Virus record (IMG/VR): IMGVR_UViG_3300031669_000042
Coordinates: 1 to 50,847 of that record
Origin: a virus
Lineage: Duplodnaviria > Caudoviricetes
DNA length: 50,847 nucleotides
Reading direction: 5' to 3' (one strand)
The notes under the pieces are model-generated. The model saw only the letters and a program-made list of their open reading frames with translations, was not told where the DNA came from and ran no database searches. Every line of letters starts with the position of its first letter. Position 1 is the stretch's first letter. Shown here piece by piece: positions 10,396 through 20,046 of this stretch. Position numbers and translations under genes: made by a program.

Positions 10396-13374
10396 TTATG
10401 CCCTCCCCGCCGCGCGCAGGGCCTCGGCCACGCCGATGCGCGCGCCGTTGCGGGCGTCGTCTGGCCGGATGACGGCCCCCTGCAGCAGCACGGTGATGTT
10501 GCTTGCCACTCCCTGGGGTAGCCCCCGGCGGATGCCGTCCAGGCCGTTAACCACGCCGTCCATGACGCCCTCTAGCGACTGGCCGCTCCCCGTGGTCGGG
10601 TCCCCGTAATACTCGCTCACGTCCTGGCCGGTCCGCGCCTTGATAAAGTCGGCCATGCCCGGCGCGTTGATGGTGAAATTGATCGGGATGTTGTCGAGAA
10701 TGGCCGCGATCCTCTCCCTCATGGTCTCTAGCTCGGGGTAGAGCGGCTCCATCCCGTTGGTCAGGGCCGTCATCCACTTGTCCGCCATCCCCTCCCCGAC
10801 GTCCGTGCCGATGGTCTCGGCCTTGGTCTTGACCACGTTGCTGTTTTCGTCCAGCGCCAGGCCATAGCGTTCCATCCATATCTGCGCCTGGTCCCAGGCC
10901 GCCACGCGGGTGGCGTCGCCCACCTTGTCGTTCTGCCAGAGCTTGATGTAGCGCGAGGCCAGCTCCTGGCCCATCTCGGGGCTCCCCAGCTTGGCGCCCA
11001 GGGCGATGCTGATCGTGTCTCCTGGGTCCCCGATGATCGTCTGTAGCATGGCGCTGATGTTGGCCGGGTCGGTCCCCGCCAGCTTGCCCGCCAGGCCGCT
11101 GATGAGCGAGATCGCCAGCTTTCCGCCCAGGAATACGGCCAGGGACCCCACGTTCTCCACGACGTTCAGCAGGTGTAGCTCCAGGGCGCTCTGGGTCTCC
11201 TGCTGCGCCGCGTCCTCCCCAAGCAACCGAGCGATCCCCTTGGCGATAAAGCTCCCCACGGCCATGCCCACCGTCTCGATGACCGTGGCCACGTCACCCG
11301 TCACGACCAGGTCGTTTAGCTTGGTGGTCAGGGTGTCCGCGATGGCCGCCACGTCGGTGGCCCCTTCCCAGAGACCGTCCCAGATCGTCTTGGCGAACGC
11401 CTGCGCCCTCTCGCGGAGCCCCGGGATCCGAATCGGCGCCCCCAGCGCGTCCGGCTGGGTCTCTCCGTTCCAGAGCTTCTCTAGCTCATACCAGCCCTTG
11501 GTCACCAGAGCTTGAAGCTGAGCCTGGATCGCGGGCCACTCGGCCTCGATCTTGGAGCCGATGGTCGCTATCTCGGGCTTGATCCGCTTCTCCCAGAGAG
11601 TGGTGGCGCCCGTGACCAGCGTGTTCCAGGCCCCCTCCCAATCGCCCTCCTTGATCTGGTCGATGACCATCCGGACGGTCAACCCGGCGTCGGCGACGGC
11701 CCCGCGCAGCCCGACCAGGCGGTCGATGATCCACTCGGGCACGCCCAGGGCGCCCAGCGGCCCGTAGGGGCTCTCTCCGCTGACGAATCCCTTGACGGCG
11801 GAGCGTATGTCCCCGATCAGGGTCCGGGCCCTGGTGATCATGCGGATGGCGTATGTGCCCCGGTCCTCCCCCAGCAGGGCCTTGATGATCACGCCCCCGG
11901 TGCCCAGGCCCCCGCTGATCTGCTGCATCTCTGCCGCCCAGGAGCTGTCCGCCAGGCCGCCGTACATCCTGGGGTCCATCATGGCCTTGGCGTTCTCTCG
12001 CTGCTCCCGCTGGAGCTGCTGGAAACGCTCCACCTTCTGCAGCACCCGGTCGAGCGGCCCGAGCGCCTTGTTGAGCTTTTCGCCCAGCTTTTCGCCCATC
12101 TCGTCTAGGGTCCCGCTCTCCCGGATGGCCAGGAACAGGTTCAGCATGTTGCTCAAACGGACGTTGACGGCCTCCATCCCGGGCATCAGGAGCTTGGGGA
12201 AGGTCAGGGCGAAGATGTCCGCGAACGTGCTCTGGAGGCCCATGAGCGTGGTCGAGAGCCGCTCGGCGGCGCCGCCAAAGTTGACGTCCGCGTACTCGGC
12301 GAAAGCCTCCGTGAACATCTCCCAGGTGATCTTGCCTTCTTCTATCGCCTTGTTGAAGTCCTCGTGATCCTTAATCATCACGCCGAACTTTTCGCCGGCG
12401 AACTGCAGCACGCTGACCAGGTCGAACCCGGCCATGGCGAGCTGCCGGATATCCATCTTGGTGACCTGGCCGACCATGCGGATCTGGGAGAAGTTGTAGC
12501 TCATCCGCTGGAGCTGCTCGTTGGTGGAGCCCATCCCGGCAGCCACGTTGAGCAGCGCCTTGGTGTAGTCGATGGCCTCCTTGCTGCTGTAGCCGAAGGC
12601 CATGGCCGTCTTGAAGGTCGACTGGACGATGTTGAGCTGGTAGGGGCTGAAGATGGCGATCTTGGCGAGCTGCTCGGTGAGCTGCTTGGCCCGATCCGCG
12701 GCGATGGGGTAGGCGTCGGCCATGGCCATGGCGCCCACGCGCACCTGGCGCTGGCCCTCCACTACGGCCATGTGCCCGACCCGGCTGTCCTCTAGCTTGG
12801 CGTTGACGGCGTCGAGCTCACCTTGGGTCTTGGCAATGGAGGCGTTGTACTTCTCCACCGTGTAGCGCGCCGACATCATGGTCGATTCGGCGACTTTGCC
12901 CTTGGCGCTGTACTCGGCGAGGCGCTGGTTGGCGATGGCCTGCTGATTCTGGTAGTCGTAGAGCTTGGCGGTGAGGCTCTCCTGCTGCTGGACCAGCTTG
13001 GCAATCGTGGCGCTCGATCCGAGCCCGACCCGCTGAACGGTCTCGAAGGTCTCGGTGATCGTCTCGCCCTTGCTGATCTCCCGCGCCAAGAGGCCGGTGA
13101 TGCCCACCTCCATCATCTGGAGTTGGGCCGTGGCCCCGATAGCCTGCTGGGCCACGTTCCAGAGTTGGTTCCCGATCTGCTGCAGCCACTGCGCAGCCAG
13201 GAATCCGGAGGCGGCGGCGGCCATGCGGTTGAAGAAGCTCTCCCCTCCCGCGGCATGCCCTTCCGCTTCCTGGGAGAACCGGCGCAGGTCCCCGCCCGCC
13301 TCGCCGAGCTTCGCTTGGAGCTCGTCTATGTTGGCGCCAATGACGGCGTACAGCCTGGCGATCTCGCCCTGCAT
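10396..13374 (-). CDS. Tape measure protein
   Basis: 992 aa, helical and Ala/Leu-rich; FSPYQL...LQRMSYNFSQI...DIRQLA tape-measure domain; follows the chaperones. Confidence 0.9.
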   Translation of the reverse strand: MQGEIARLYAVIGANIDELQAKLGEAGGDLRRFSQEAEGHAAGGESFFNRMAAAASGFLAAQWLQQIGNQLWNVAQQAIGATAQLQMMEVGITGLLAREISKGETITETFETVQRVGLGSSATIAKLVQQQESLTAKLYDYQNQQAIANQRLAEYSAKGKVAESTMMSARYTVEKYNASIAKTQGELDAVNAKLEDSRVGHMAVVEGQRQVRVGAMAMADAYPIAADRAKQLTEQLAKIAIFSPYQLNIVQSTFKTAMAFGYSSKEAIDYTKALLNVAAGMGSTNEQLQRMSYNFSQIRMVGQVTKMDIRQLAMAGFDLVSVLQFAGEKFGVMIKDHEDFNKAIEEGKITWEMFTEAFAEYADVNFGGAAERLSTTLMGLQSTFADIFALTFPKLLMPGMEAVNVRLSNMLNLFLAIRESGTLDEMGEKLGEKLNKALGPLDRVLQKVERFQQLQREQRENAKAMMDPRMYGGLADSSWAAEMQQISGGLGTGGVIIKALLGEDRGTYAIRMITRARTLIGDIRSAVKGFVSGESPYGPLGALGVPEWIIDRLVGLRGAVADAGLTVRMVIDQIKEGDWEGAWNTLVTGATTLWEKRIKPEIATIGSKIEAEWPAIQAQLQALVTKGWYELEKLWNGETQPDALGAPIRIPGLRERAQAFAKTIWDGLWEGATDVAAIADTLTTKLNDLVVTGDVATVIETVGMAVGSFIAKGIARLLGEDAAQQETQSALELHLLNVVENVGSLAVFLGGKLAISLISGLAGKLAGTDPANISAMLQTIIGDPGDTISIALGAKLGSPEMGQELASRYIKLWQNDKVGDATRVAAWDQAQIWMERYGLALDENSNVVKTKAETIGTDVGEGMADKWMTALTNGMEPLYPELETMRERIAAILDNIPINFTINAPGMADFIKARTGQDVSEYYGDPTTGSGQSLEGVMDGVVNGLDGIRRGLPQGVASNITVLLQGAVIRPDDARNGARIGVAEALRAAGRA

Positions 13375-13623
13375 CTAGCCTCCCATGCGCAGCTTGGTGT
13401 CGCGCTCAGCCCTGCGCTCCCACTGTCGTCGCTCGTACTCGTGCCAGCGCGCCTCTTCGGCCAGACAGAGCCGATGCGCCCAGATGCGCGTCGCATCCTC
13501 CCGGTCCAGCGCGCTGGGCAGGCAGTGATAGATGTCCCGGCACAGAACCAGGTCGACGTATTCCTCGGGAGGCGGGCCGGTCCCCGTCGCCAGGTAAGCG
13601 GCCAGCCTCGCCCTCAGTTTTTT
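13375..13623 (-). CDS. -1 frameshift extension of tail assembly chaperone (gpT-like)
   Basis: Slippery A AAA AAC at 13623-13617; -1 frame (KLRARLAAYL...CRDIYHCLPSALD) stays open to the base before the tape measure start. Confidence 0.7.
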   Translation of the reverse strand, partial: KKLRARLAAYLATGTGPPPEEYVDLVLCRDIYHCLPSALDREDATRIWAHRLCLAEEARWHEYERRQWERRAERDTKLRMGG

Positions 13624-13934
13624 GCCGTCGCGCCGCTCACTCGGGTCATGACGTCGATCAGGAAGAGCAGCTCTGGTTCCAGGAGCCGGTCGAGCACGGT
13701 GGGGTCCTCCCGAGGCTGGGGCAAGGGTACACCCTCTGCGTCGGACCAATTCCAGTCGACCAGGTGCTCGATGATCAGGTCCTCTAGCGGGGCCACGTTC
13801 TTTGCGGCAGCGTTCTTGGCAAACTCCCGGTCAAACGCCTTGGCCTCGCCGTGGGTGAGCTTGCGCACCACGATGTAGGTGCCCTCGCCCTGCACCTCGG
13901 TGGACTCCACCTTCTCTGTGATCTTCTGTGGCAT
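13614..13934 (-). CDS. Tail assembly chaperone (gpG-like)
   Basis: Between tail tube and tape measure; LVDWNWSD motif; ends AKN-stop. Confidence 0.8.
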   Translation of the reverse strand: MPQKITEKVESTEVQGEGTYIVVRKLTHGEAKAFDREFAKNAAAKNVAPLEDLIIEHLVDWNWSDAEGVPLPQPREDPTVLDRLLEPELLFLIDVMTRVSGATAKN

Positions 13935-13958
13935 TTCTCCCCTCTCAGTCCTCTCGCC

Positions 13959-14393
13959 TTACGTCACCGACCCGACCGGCGTGATCGTCGCGGGCCTGAA
14001 CACCACATCCACGGCCAGCGGCGTCGCCGACTCGCTGTCGGCCTCGGGCAGCGGCACGTCCCGCATGTAGCCCTGGGCCTTGTAGTAGCTGGCCGTCGCC
14101 GCGTTGTAGCTCCAGCGCAGGTAGACCTGGCTCCCCGCCAGGTGCAGCGCCCGCAGCATGGCATACGGCTCGGTTGTGCCGTAGGTGTACAGCAGCCGCA
14201 GCGTGAATTCGTAGGGCTCCATCTTGCCGGGCGTGACCACCGTCGGGTACTCATCATCGAAATTCTGGAAAGCCCCGATGTTGCGCTGGCCCCCGCTTGG
14301 CCGCAGCGACGCTGCGTAGGCGCCCAGGCTGGTCCAGACAGTCCCGTCCGTGCCGAATCCAACATAGCTCAGTCCGTTCTCGCCCGTAGGCAT
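13959..14393 (-). CDS. Major tail (tube) protein
   Basis: 144 aa, beta-rich; position after the tail terminator. Confidence 0.7.
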   Translation of the reverse strand: MPTGENGLSYVGFGTDGTVWTSLGAYAASLRPSGGQRNIGAFQNFDDEYPTVVTPGKMEPYEFTLRLLYTYGTTEPYAMLRALHLAGSQVYLRWSYNAATASYYKAQGYMRDVPLPEADSESATPLAVDVVFRPATITPVGSVT

Positions 14394-14409
14394 CTCGCTT
14401 CCTCCCCGT

Positions 14410-14808
14410 CTAAATGAACGTTACCTGGTAGACTCCCCCGGCGTGCCAGTAGGTGATATCGCCGTCCACTTCCGGGTATGCCGTGAACGTGCGCCGCCGA
14501 ACCCTCAGCGTCTTGTGGCCCGAGATCGCCACCGCCGCCGTGGTCAGGGCCTGGTCGATCAGCGCCTGGCCTGCCAGGGCGTCTACTGCCGACCGGCCTT
14601 CGTCGATCATCTTGACCACGTAGCTGGCGTCGTGCCAGCCCCCCTCCATGAACGGGATATCCGCGCCCGGCCCGTACTCGGCCACGGTCACGAAGGGATA
14701 GGTGGCGGTCCCTGGGGCCAGGCCCAGCCAAACCCCGCCGGAGGCCAGGGCCATGAGCGCCGTGCCGCCCTTCAGGGCCGCGATGATCCCCTCGATGACC
14801 TCTTGCAT
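14410..14808 (-). CDS. Tail terminator / completion protein (DUF3168-like)
   Basis: APGTATYPFVTV motif; gene order; start re-called at MQEVIEG. Confidence 0.7.
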   Translation of the reverse strand: MQEVIEGIIAALKGGTALMALASGGVWLGLAPGTATYPFVTVAEYGPGADIPFMEGGWHDASYVVKMIDEGRSAVDALAGQALIDQALTTAAVAISGHKTLRVRRRTFTAYPEVDGDITYWHAGGVYQVTFI

Positions 14809-15215
14809 CAGCGCCCCCCCTTTGCCCGGTCCGCGATCTGCTCCATCGCATCGATGAAGCTGGGCTTGACCTTCTCCACCGCTGGCCCCAGCGCGGGCCT
14901 GGGCGCGATGTGCCGGGTCCCGAACTCCAGGCCGTGGGCGTACTCGGCGCCCAGCGCCACCCACCACTCGAGCCGCACCCGCTGCCTGGACATGACGGAA
15001 TTGTGCAGGTGCCCAGTGTCGATGGCCGGGGCCTCCCCAGGGGCCGATGCCTGATGGTTCCCGTATACTCGCCCGTGCTTGGGACCCTCCATGCTGTGCT
15101 TGACCGCGGCCTCCACGTCGTGGGCCGCCTTGGCCACCACGTCTGCGGCGAGGCGCTCTAGCTCCCCGCCCAGCTTGGGCAGGTTGTTGAAGACCATCTG
15201 GATCTTGACGCTCAC
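14808..15215 (-). CDS. HK97 gp10-like neck protein
   Basis: ASAPGEAPAIDTGHLHNS...YAHGLEFGT...PRPALGPA motifs; GTG start overlapping the upstream stop. Confidence 0.85.
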   Translation of the reverse strand: MSVKIQMVFNNLPKLGGELERLAADVVAKAAHDVEAAVKHSMEGPKHGRVYGNHQASAPGEAPAIDTGHLHNSVMSRQRVRLEWWVALGAEYAHGLEFGTRHIAPRPALGPAVEKVKPSFIDAMEQIADRAKGGR

Positions 15216-15571
15216 GTCACCTCCCGGCAGACCAGGCGCAGCGCCGTGGCCCACTCGCCGCCCGTCGCGGGTCCCACCACGCGCAGGCTGTGCCCGGCGG
15301 CGACCAGCCGGTCGGTGTGCAGCACGTCCGCGTCGTGGGGCAGGGTCAGGGTCCACAGGGTCTCCCCGGCCAGCTTGTCGGCGACTTTGAATTCGCGCGG
15401 GCTCCCGGCCTGCATGCGGCAGGCGTAGGTGTGCATCTTGGTCTCCACCTCGGTCCAGGTGCCCAGGGCGTCCGGGGTCCCCGTGGCCCGGTAGACCTCG
15501 CAGGAGCCGGGCATGGCCTCCTCTTGGGTGGCCCGCAGGCTTGCCAGCTCGGCGTCACTCAAGGTTGCCAT
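15212..15571 (-). CDS. Head closure / stopper protein
   Basis: 119 aa; LPHDADVLHTDRL motif; gene order. Confidence 0.7.
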   Translation of the reverse strand: MATLSDAELASLRATQEEAMPGSCEVYRATGTPDALGTWTEVETKMHTYACRMQAGSPREFKVADKLAGETLWTLTLPHDADVLHTDRLVAAGHSLRVVGPATGGEWATALRLVCREVT

Positions 15572-16115
15572 CGCGGCGCTCCCAGTTGACCTCGATGGGC
15601 CATGCCTTGAGCTCGTAGCGTTCGGCCATGCGCTCGCAGTGCTCGAACCACTGCTGCCTCTGGTAGCTGCCGCCGTCAGCCGAGAACCCGTACTTGTCGC
15701 TGGTCAGTCCCGCGCGCTCCCGCCAGAGCTCCCCGGCGGCCCCGTTCAGGTCATAGTAGAAGGCGTCCAGGTAGCGCGCCGAGCCCCTCTGGTCGGCGCC
15801 GAACATGATCTCCCCGGCCAGATAGTTGACCGTGTAGTCCCCGGTCCCGATGGCCGCCCCGGCGCTGTCGTAGACCCGCCAGCGGGCGTCACTCTCTGGG
15901 TCCAGCTCCTCCAGGTCGCCCACGCCCACCAGGTAGCGCTTGTAAGTGGCCGTCCCGGCGACGTACTGGCTGACGATGGTCAGCGGGCGTTCCCAGAGCA
16001 TGCGGCTGCGGGCGTCCAGCGCGTCCTGCAGCAGGTCGTTGGTCCAGACGGCGGTCCCGGCGTCGTTCACCATCCGCCGCAGCCGGCCCACCAGGTTGGT
16101 CATCCCTGCTCGCAT
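15555..16115 (-). CDS. Head-tail adaptor/connector protein
   Basis: LVGRLRRMVND N-terminus and YDLNGAAGELW motif; gene order. Confidence 0.65.
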   Translation of the reverse strand: MRAGMTNLVGRLRRMVNDAGTAVWTNDLLQDALDARSRMLWERPLTIVSQYVAGTATYKRYLVGVGDLEELDPESDARWRVYDSAGAAIGTGDYTVNYLAGEIMFGADQRGSARYLDAFYYDLNGAAGELWRERAGLTSDKYGFSADGGSYQRQQWFEHCERMAERYELKAWPIEVNWERRDGNLE

Positions 16116-16118
16116 GGG

Positions 16119-16787
16119 CTATATCCCCCATCTCTCCCGGTCCAGCGGCCTGGCGTAGCGCCAGGAGCCGTTCCCCCAGGCGCTCTGCCGCTCCCCGATG
16201 TGCTCGGTCAGGTCCAGCGCGCAAAGCAGCCGCCCGGCCTGGCGCAGCCGCTTGCACACGGCCAGGTCCTCCCCGCCGGTGGTCTCGGCCAGCGGGCCGA
16301 TGAGCGGCCAGTCGCTCGCCCGGAAGCTCCAGTTGGAGCCCGGCACGCTCTCGCGGGCCAGGGCTATCTCGCCCCCGCTCGCCACCACCTGGTGCGGCTT
16401 ATTCCAGTCGTAGTCCGGCTCCAGGTTGCAGCAGACCAGGGCCACCTCGGGTGGCGCCCACCACCAAAACCGTGCCAGCTTACTGGCCCAGCCCGGCTTG
16501 TACTCGTAGTCGTCGGCGGTGAAGAGCACCAGGTCGGGCTTGCTCGCCAGCGCCCTGGTGATGGCCAGGTTCATGCCGTGGCCCACGGTGTGGTTGCCGT
16601 CGGTGTTGCAGTAGCCGCCGATCATGCCCTGCAGCAGCTCGGCGCTGCCGTCGGTCGATCCGTTGTCGACCACGACCAGCTCCCGCTCCAAAATCGGGTA
16701 CTGGTGCAGCCCCTCCTGGATGCTGTGCAGGGTCCGCAGAAAGAGCTCCTGCCGGTTGTAGGTCAGCACGGCCACGGCCAGCTTCAT
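16119..16787 (-). CDS. Glycosyltransferase family 2
   Basis: VAVLTYNR...LVVVDNGSTDGS...LFTADD...GGEDL; start re-called at MKLAVAV. Confidence 0.85.
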   Translation of the reverse strand: MKLAVAVLTYNRQELFLRTLHSIQEGLHQYPILERELVVVDNGSTDGSAELLQGMIGGYCNTDGNHTVGHGMNLAITRALASKPDLVLFTADDYEYKPGWASKLARFWWWAPPEVALVCCNLEPDYDWNKPHQVVASGGEIALARESVPGSNWSFRASDWPLIGPLAETTGGEDLAVCKRLRQAGRLLCALDLTEHIGERQSAWGNGSWRYARPLDRERWGI

Positions 16788-17503
16788 CGCGCTCTCCCCC
16801 GCGCCGGATCTGGCGCCAGCACCGGCCTGCGGTGGTGCATGATCTCTAGCCAGATCCGCAGGGCGTCCACCGCCGTGCGCCAGGAGAAGCTGCTCTCTCC
16901 CGCCGTGTAGATGATGGGCATCTGCTCGATGCGCAGGCCCTTCTCCCCGGCGTAGGCCAGCACCTCCATGTGCCAGGTGTGCCCGGTGGTCGAGTAGTGT
17001 GGCCGCTGCAGCACCCGAATCGCCCGCGGCGAAAAGGCCCGGTAGCCGCTGGTCCAGTCGGACCAGTGGGCGCCCCGCTGGACGGCGTTGCAGGCCACGG
17101 TTATGAGCCTGCTCCCCAATCGCCGCCACCAACGCCCGCCCAGGTAGGCCCCTCCCCACGTGAAGCGGGTCCCTAGCACCACGTCCGCGCCCCAGCTCAG
17201 CGGCGCGATCATGGCCAGGGCGTCGCCGGGGCTGTGCGATCCCCCGGCGTCCATCTGCAGCACGCCATCGCAGTCGGCGTACAAATAGGCCAGGTTCCAG
17301 CCCTCGATGGTGCTCGGGCCGATGCCGTGGCGCTCGTGGTGCGGGATGACGCTGGCGCCCGCATCCACCGCCTGGGCCAGGGTGTCGTCTGTCGAGCCGT
17401 CGTCTACCACGATCACCCGGAATCCCAGCCGGCGGAGCGACCCGACCAGCGGCCCGATGGTCCGTTCCTCGTTGCGGGCCGGAATCACCACGCAGTAGCT
17501 CAT
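16784..17503 (-). CDS. Glycosyltransferase family 2 (polyprenol-phosphate mannosyltransferase-like)
   Basis: VVIPARNEE...VVDDGSTDDT...QMDAGGSH...DWTSGYRAFS. Confidence 0.88.
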   Translation of the reverse strand: MSYCVVIPARNEERTIGPLVGSLRRLGFRVIVVDDGSTDDTLAQAVDAGASVIPHHERHGIGPSTIEGWNLAYLYADCDGVLQMDAGGSHSPGDALAMIAPLSWGADVVLGTRFTWGGAYLGGRWWRRLGSRLITVACNAVQRGAHWSDWTSGYRAFSPRAIRVLQRPHYSTTGHTWHMEVLAYAGEKGLRIEQMPIIYTAGESSFSWRTAVDALRIWLEIMHHRRPVLAPDPARGRAR

Positions 17504-19425
17504 GGCACGACGTCCTCTGTGGCCTGCGGCTCCTCTGCCTTATGCGCCACCAGGTAGATGTTCTGCCCCTCGCCCAGCGCCCAGTCGTGCCAGCGCACCC
17601 GTTCCTGGTAGGCGGCCAGCCGCTCGGGGTGGGCCAATAGCCCCTCGGGGCCGTAGATCCCCGGCACCGTGCTGACCGCTCGGTCCACCGCCAGCCCGGC
17701 CTTCTGGCAGGCCGCGACCAAGGACGAGAACCCGTAGCCCCGCAGGTGCTCGCAGCCGTCCACGAACGCGCCATCCGGGTCGTTCGGGGTCGTGATCAGG
17801 GCCACGCCGTTCGTCGCCAGCATGCGGCGGATGTTGGCCAGCAGCGCCTCGGGGTCCACTACGTGCTCGATGAGCTCCATCGCCAGCACCAGATCGTAGG
17901 CGCCGCTCTCGCCGTAGGTCTCGGCGTTGGCCACGATGCAGGTGACTTGGGCCGGTAGGGTGTCCGCGGCCTCGGCGATCCGGACTTGGCTGATATCGAC
18001 GGCGTCCACCGTGAGCCCCAGCCCTATGTACTCGTCTACCAGCGTCTGGACCATCTCCCCCTCGGCGCAGCCCAGGTCCACCACGGTCTCGTAGCGCCGC
18101 GAGCCGATGGCCTCCAGGGCCACTTGGCGCCGGTGTGCGTTGTACCAGTGGTCGGCGTCGGTCCGGCACATGCTGTGGTCCCGCTCGGCGACTTGGTCGT
18201 AGAAGGCTGCGTAGAGCGTGCGCGGCTCGGGCGCGTGCTCGGCGTCGGCTATGTCGTGCGCCACGCCCCTGAGGAAGGGCACCCAGAAACCGTCCACCAG
18301 GACGTCCCAGCCGTACTGCTCGTGGGCCACCTTCACGGCGTGCTGGCACTTCCTGCTCTGCCCCTTGTCGCCCCAGCCGTAGACCTCCTCTAGCGCCTCG
18401 GCCACGGCGTCCGGGTCCACCTGGGCGATCCAGCTATTGAGCGGCGTCCAGGTCCTGGTCGGCCTGGGCTCCACGGTGATCCCGGCCCAGGTCAGCTCGG
18501 GCATGGCCGTGAAGTTGGTCGTGATCACCGGCGTCCCGCAGGCTTGGGCCTCCAGGATAGGGATACCGAACCCCTCACTCGTGGCCGCTGCCAGATGCAC
18601 GTCGCTGGCCCGGTAGATGTCGGCCATGTAGGTGTCCGGGAGCCCCATCAGGTAGCGGTACTGTGGCGCCGGGATGACGCACTTGGCGTCCAGCCCGATG
18701 GCCTCCATAAAGGCGCGCAGCTCGATCCCGTCGTTCCCCGCTCCCATCTCGGTGTGCAGGTAGAGCATGGCGTCCGGGTGAGACTTTCGGAACTTGGCGA
18801 ACGCCAGGATGTTCTCGGGCAGCGCCTTCCTGCTCGGGTTGCCCTTGTTGGCGGCCACGATGTCGACCAGGTAGCAATCCGCTGGGATCCCCAGGCGCTC
18901 CCTGGCCGCGGCCTTGTCGCCGGGGCAGAACACCGTCGGGTCCACGCCGTGCGGGATGTAGGTGGTCTCTAGCCCGGCCCTGGCGCACTCCTCGTAGCCG
19001 AAGCGGGAGTAGACCAGCGGGTAGTCCGCCTCCTTGGCCCGCTCCAGTACCAGTGGCGGGATGGGCTGGTGGTCCACCGGGAACCAGGGCGCCCACTTGG
19101 CCCTGAAGCGCTCCTTGTAGCCCGCCGGGAGCACCCACAGGTCCTGCAGGCTGACCACGACGTCGGCGTGAAAGTCGGCGCAGTGCGCCCCGATCACGTC
19201 GCAGCCCCAGGGGTCCCGCATGGCGGGGTACATGGTGATCGCTCCCGCCTGGATCTTGGCCCCCGCCAGGCCGTACCAGGCAAAGTTAGCCGCGGCGATC
19301 CCCTTGGCGGCCAGCCGCGGCAGCAGGTACTTGCCCTGGATGCCGTAGCCGGTGGTCGCCCAGATGGCGTTGGCGCTCCACATCATGCGGAGCCACTCGG
19401 TCGTCGGTCCCTCTTTTGCTTGCAT
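17500..19425 (-). CDS. Glycosyltransferase (GT4, GT-B fold) fused to class I SAM-dependent methyltransferase
   Basis: IPHGVD, SEGFGIPILEAQACGTPVI; C-terminal VVDLGCAEG...YDLVLAMELIEHV...LITTPN. Confidence 0.88.
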   Translation of the reverse strand: MQAKEGPTTEWLRMMWSANAIWATTGYGIQGKYLLPRLAAKGIAAANFAWYGLAGAKIQAGAITMYPAMRDPWGCDVIGAHCADFHADVVVSLQDLWVLPAGYKERFRAKWAPWFPVDHQPIPPLVLERAKEADYPLVYSRFGYEECARAGLETTYIPHGVDPTVFCPGDKAAARERLGIPADCYLVDIVAANKGNPSRKALPENILAFAKFRKSHPDAMLYLHTEMGAGNDGIELRAFMEAIGLDAKCVIPAPQYRYLMGLPDTYMADIYRASDVHLAAATSEGFGIPILEAQACGTPVITTNFTAMPELTWAGITVEPRPTRTWTPLNSWIAQVDPDAVAEALEEVYGWGDKGQSRKCQHAVKVAHEQYGWDVLVDGFWVPFLRGVAHDIADAEHAPEPRTLYAAFYDQVAERDHSMCRTDADHWYNAHRRQVALEAIGSRRYETVVDLGCAEGEMVQTLVDEYIGLGLTVDAVDISQVRIAEAADTLPAQVTCIVANAETYGESGAYDLVLAMELIEHVVDPEALLANIRRMLATNGVALITTPNDPDGAFVDGCEHLRGYGFSSLVAACQKAGLAVDRAVSTVPGIYGPEGLLAHPERLAAYQERVRWHDWALGEGQNIYLVAHKAEEPQATEDVVP

Positions 19426-19538
19426 GTCCTCTCTCTCCTGAAAGGGCCGGGAGCGTAGCGGTGAGCAAGGAGAGAGGACTCTGCCGCCGCGCCCCCGATA
19501 TTGTCGAAGGCCGGGGCCTCTCTCCCCGGCCTCGGTGC

Positions 19539-19922
19539 CTAGAATCGCACGTCGAGCTGGACGGTCATCTGGGCGAAGGCGCCCGTCCCGGTCTCGTCAT
19601 AGTCCAGAATGACCAGGTCGCCCGCGGCGAGCTGCTCGCCCGCGGCGCCGAAGCTCACCGGGGTCAGGCCCGTCCAGCCGGCGGTGCCGCCCTTCTGCGA
19701 GCCGATGAGCGTTGTCCCGGCTCCCGCGGTCCCGCCGTTCTTCAGCGTCAGGGCGAAGTAGTTTGCCGTGTCAGCCGCGACGTCGTTGACCACCGTGACG
19801 TAGGCCCCGTCGATGCGGCACGCCTTGGGCGCGCGCCAAACCGGGAGAACCTCATCCGCGGCGGGGTCATAGTCGTAGCTCACCACCACTGGGAAAGCTG
19901 CCAGTCCTTGCATGAAACCCAT
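19539..19922 (-). CDS. Putative capsid decoration/structural protein
   Basis: 127 aa, beta-rich, first gene after the major capsid gene. Confidence 0.5.
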   Translation of the reverse strand: MGFMQGLAAFPVVVSYDYDPAADEVLPVWRAPKACRIDGAYVTVVNDVAADTANYFALTLKNGGTAGAGTTLIGSQKGGTAGWTGLTPVSFGAAGEQLAAGDLVILDYDETGTGAFAQMTVQLDVRF

Positions 19923-19952
19923 CTTGTCTGCCTCTCTTTTGTGCCTGGGGTC

Positions 19953-19986
19953 CCCGGCGGCGGGTTGTCAAACGCCCGCCGCCGGG
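19953..19986. other. 12-bp GC-rich hairpin downstream of the capsid gene
   Basis: cccggcggcggg-N10-cccgccgccggg; no U-tract. Confidence 0.6.
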
Positions 19987-20046
19987 CACTCCTGCTATTG
20001 GGGGCTCAGCTAGATTGCCAGGCCCCCGCTTAATGGGGTGTCGGTG

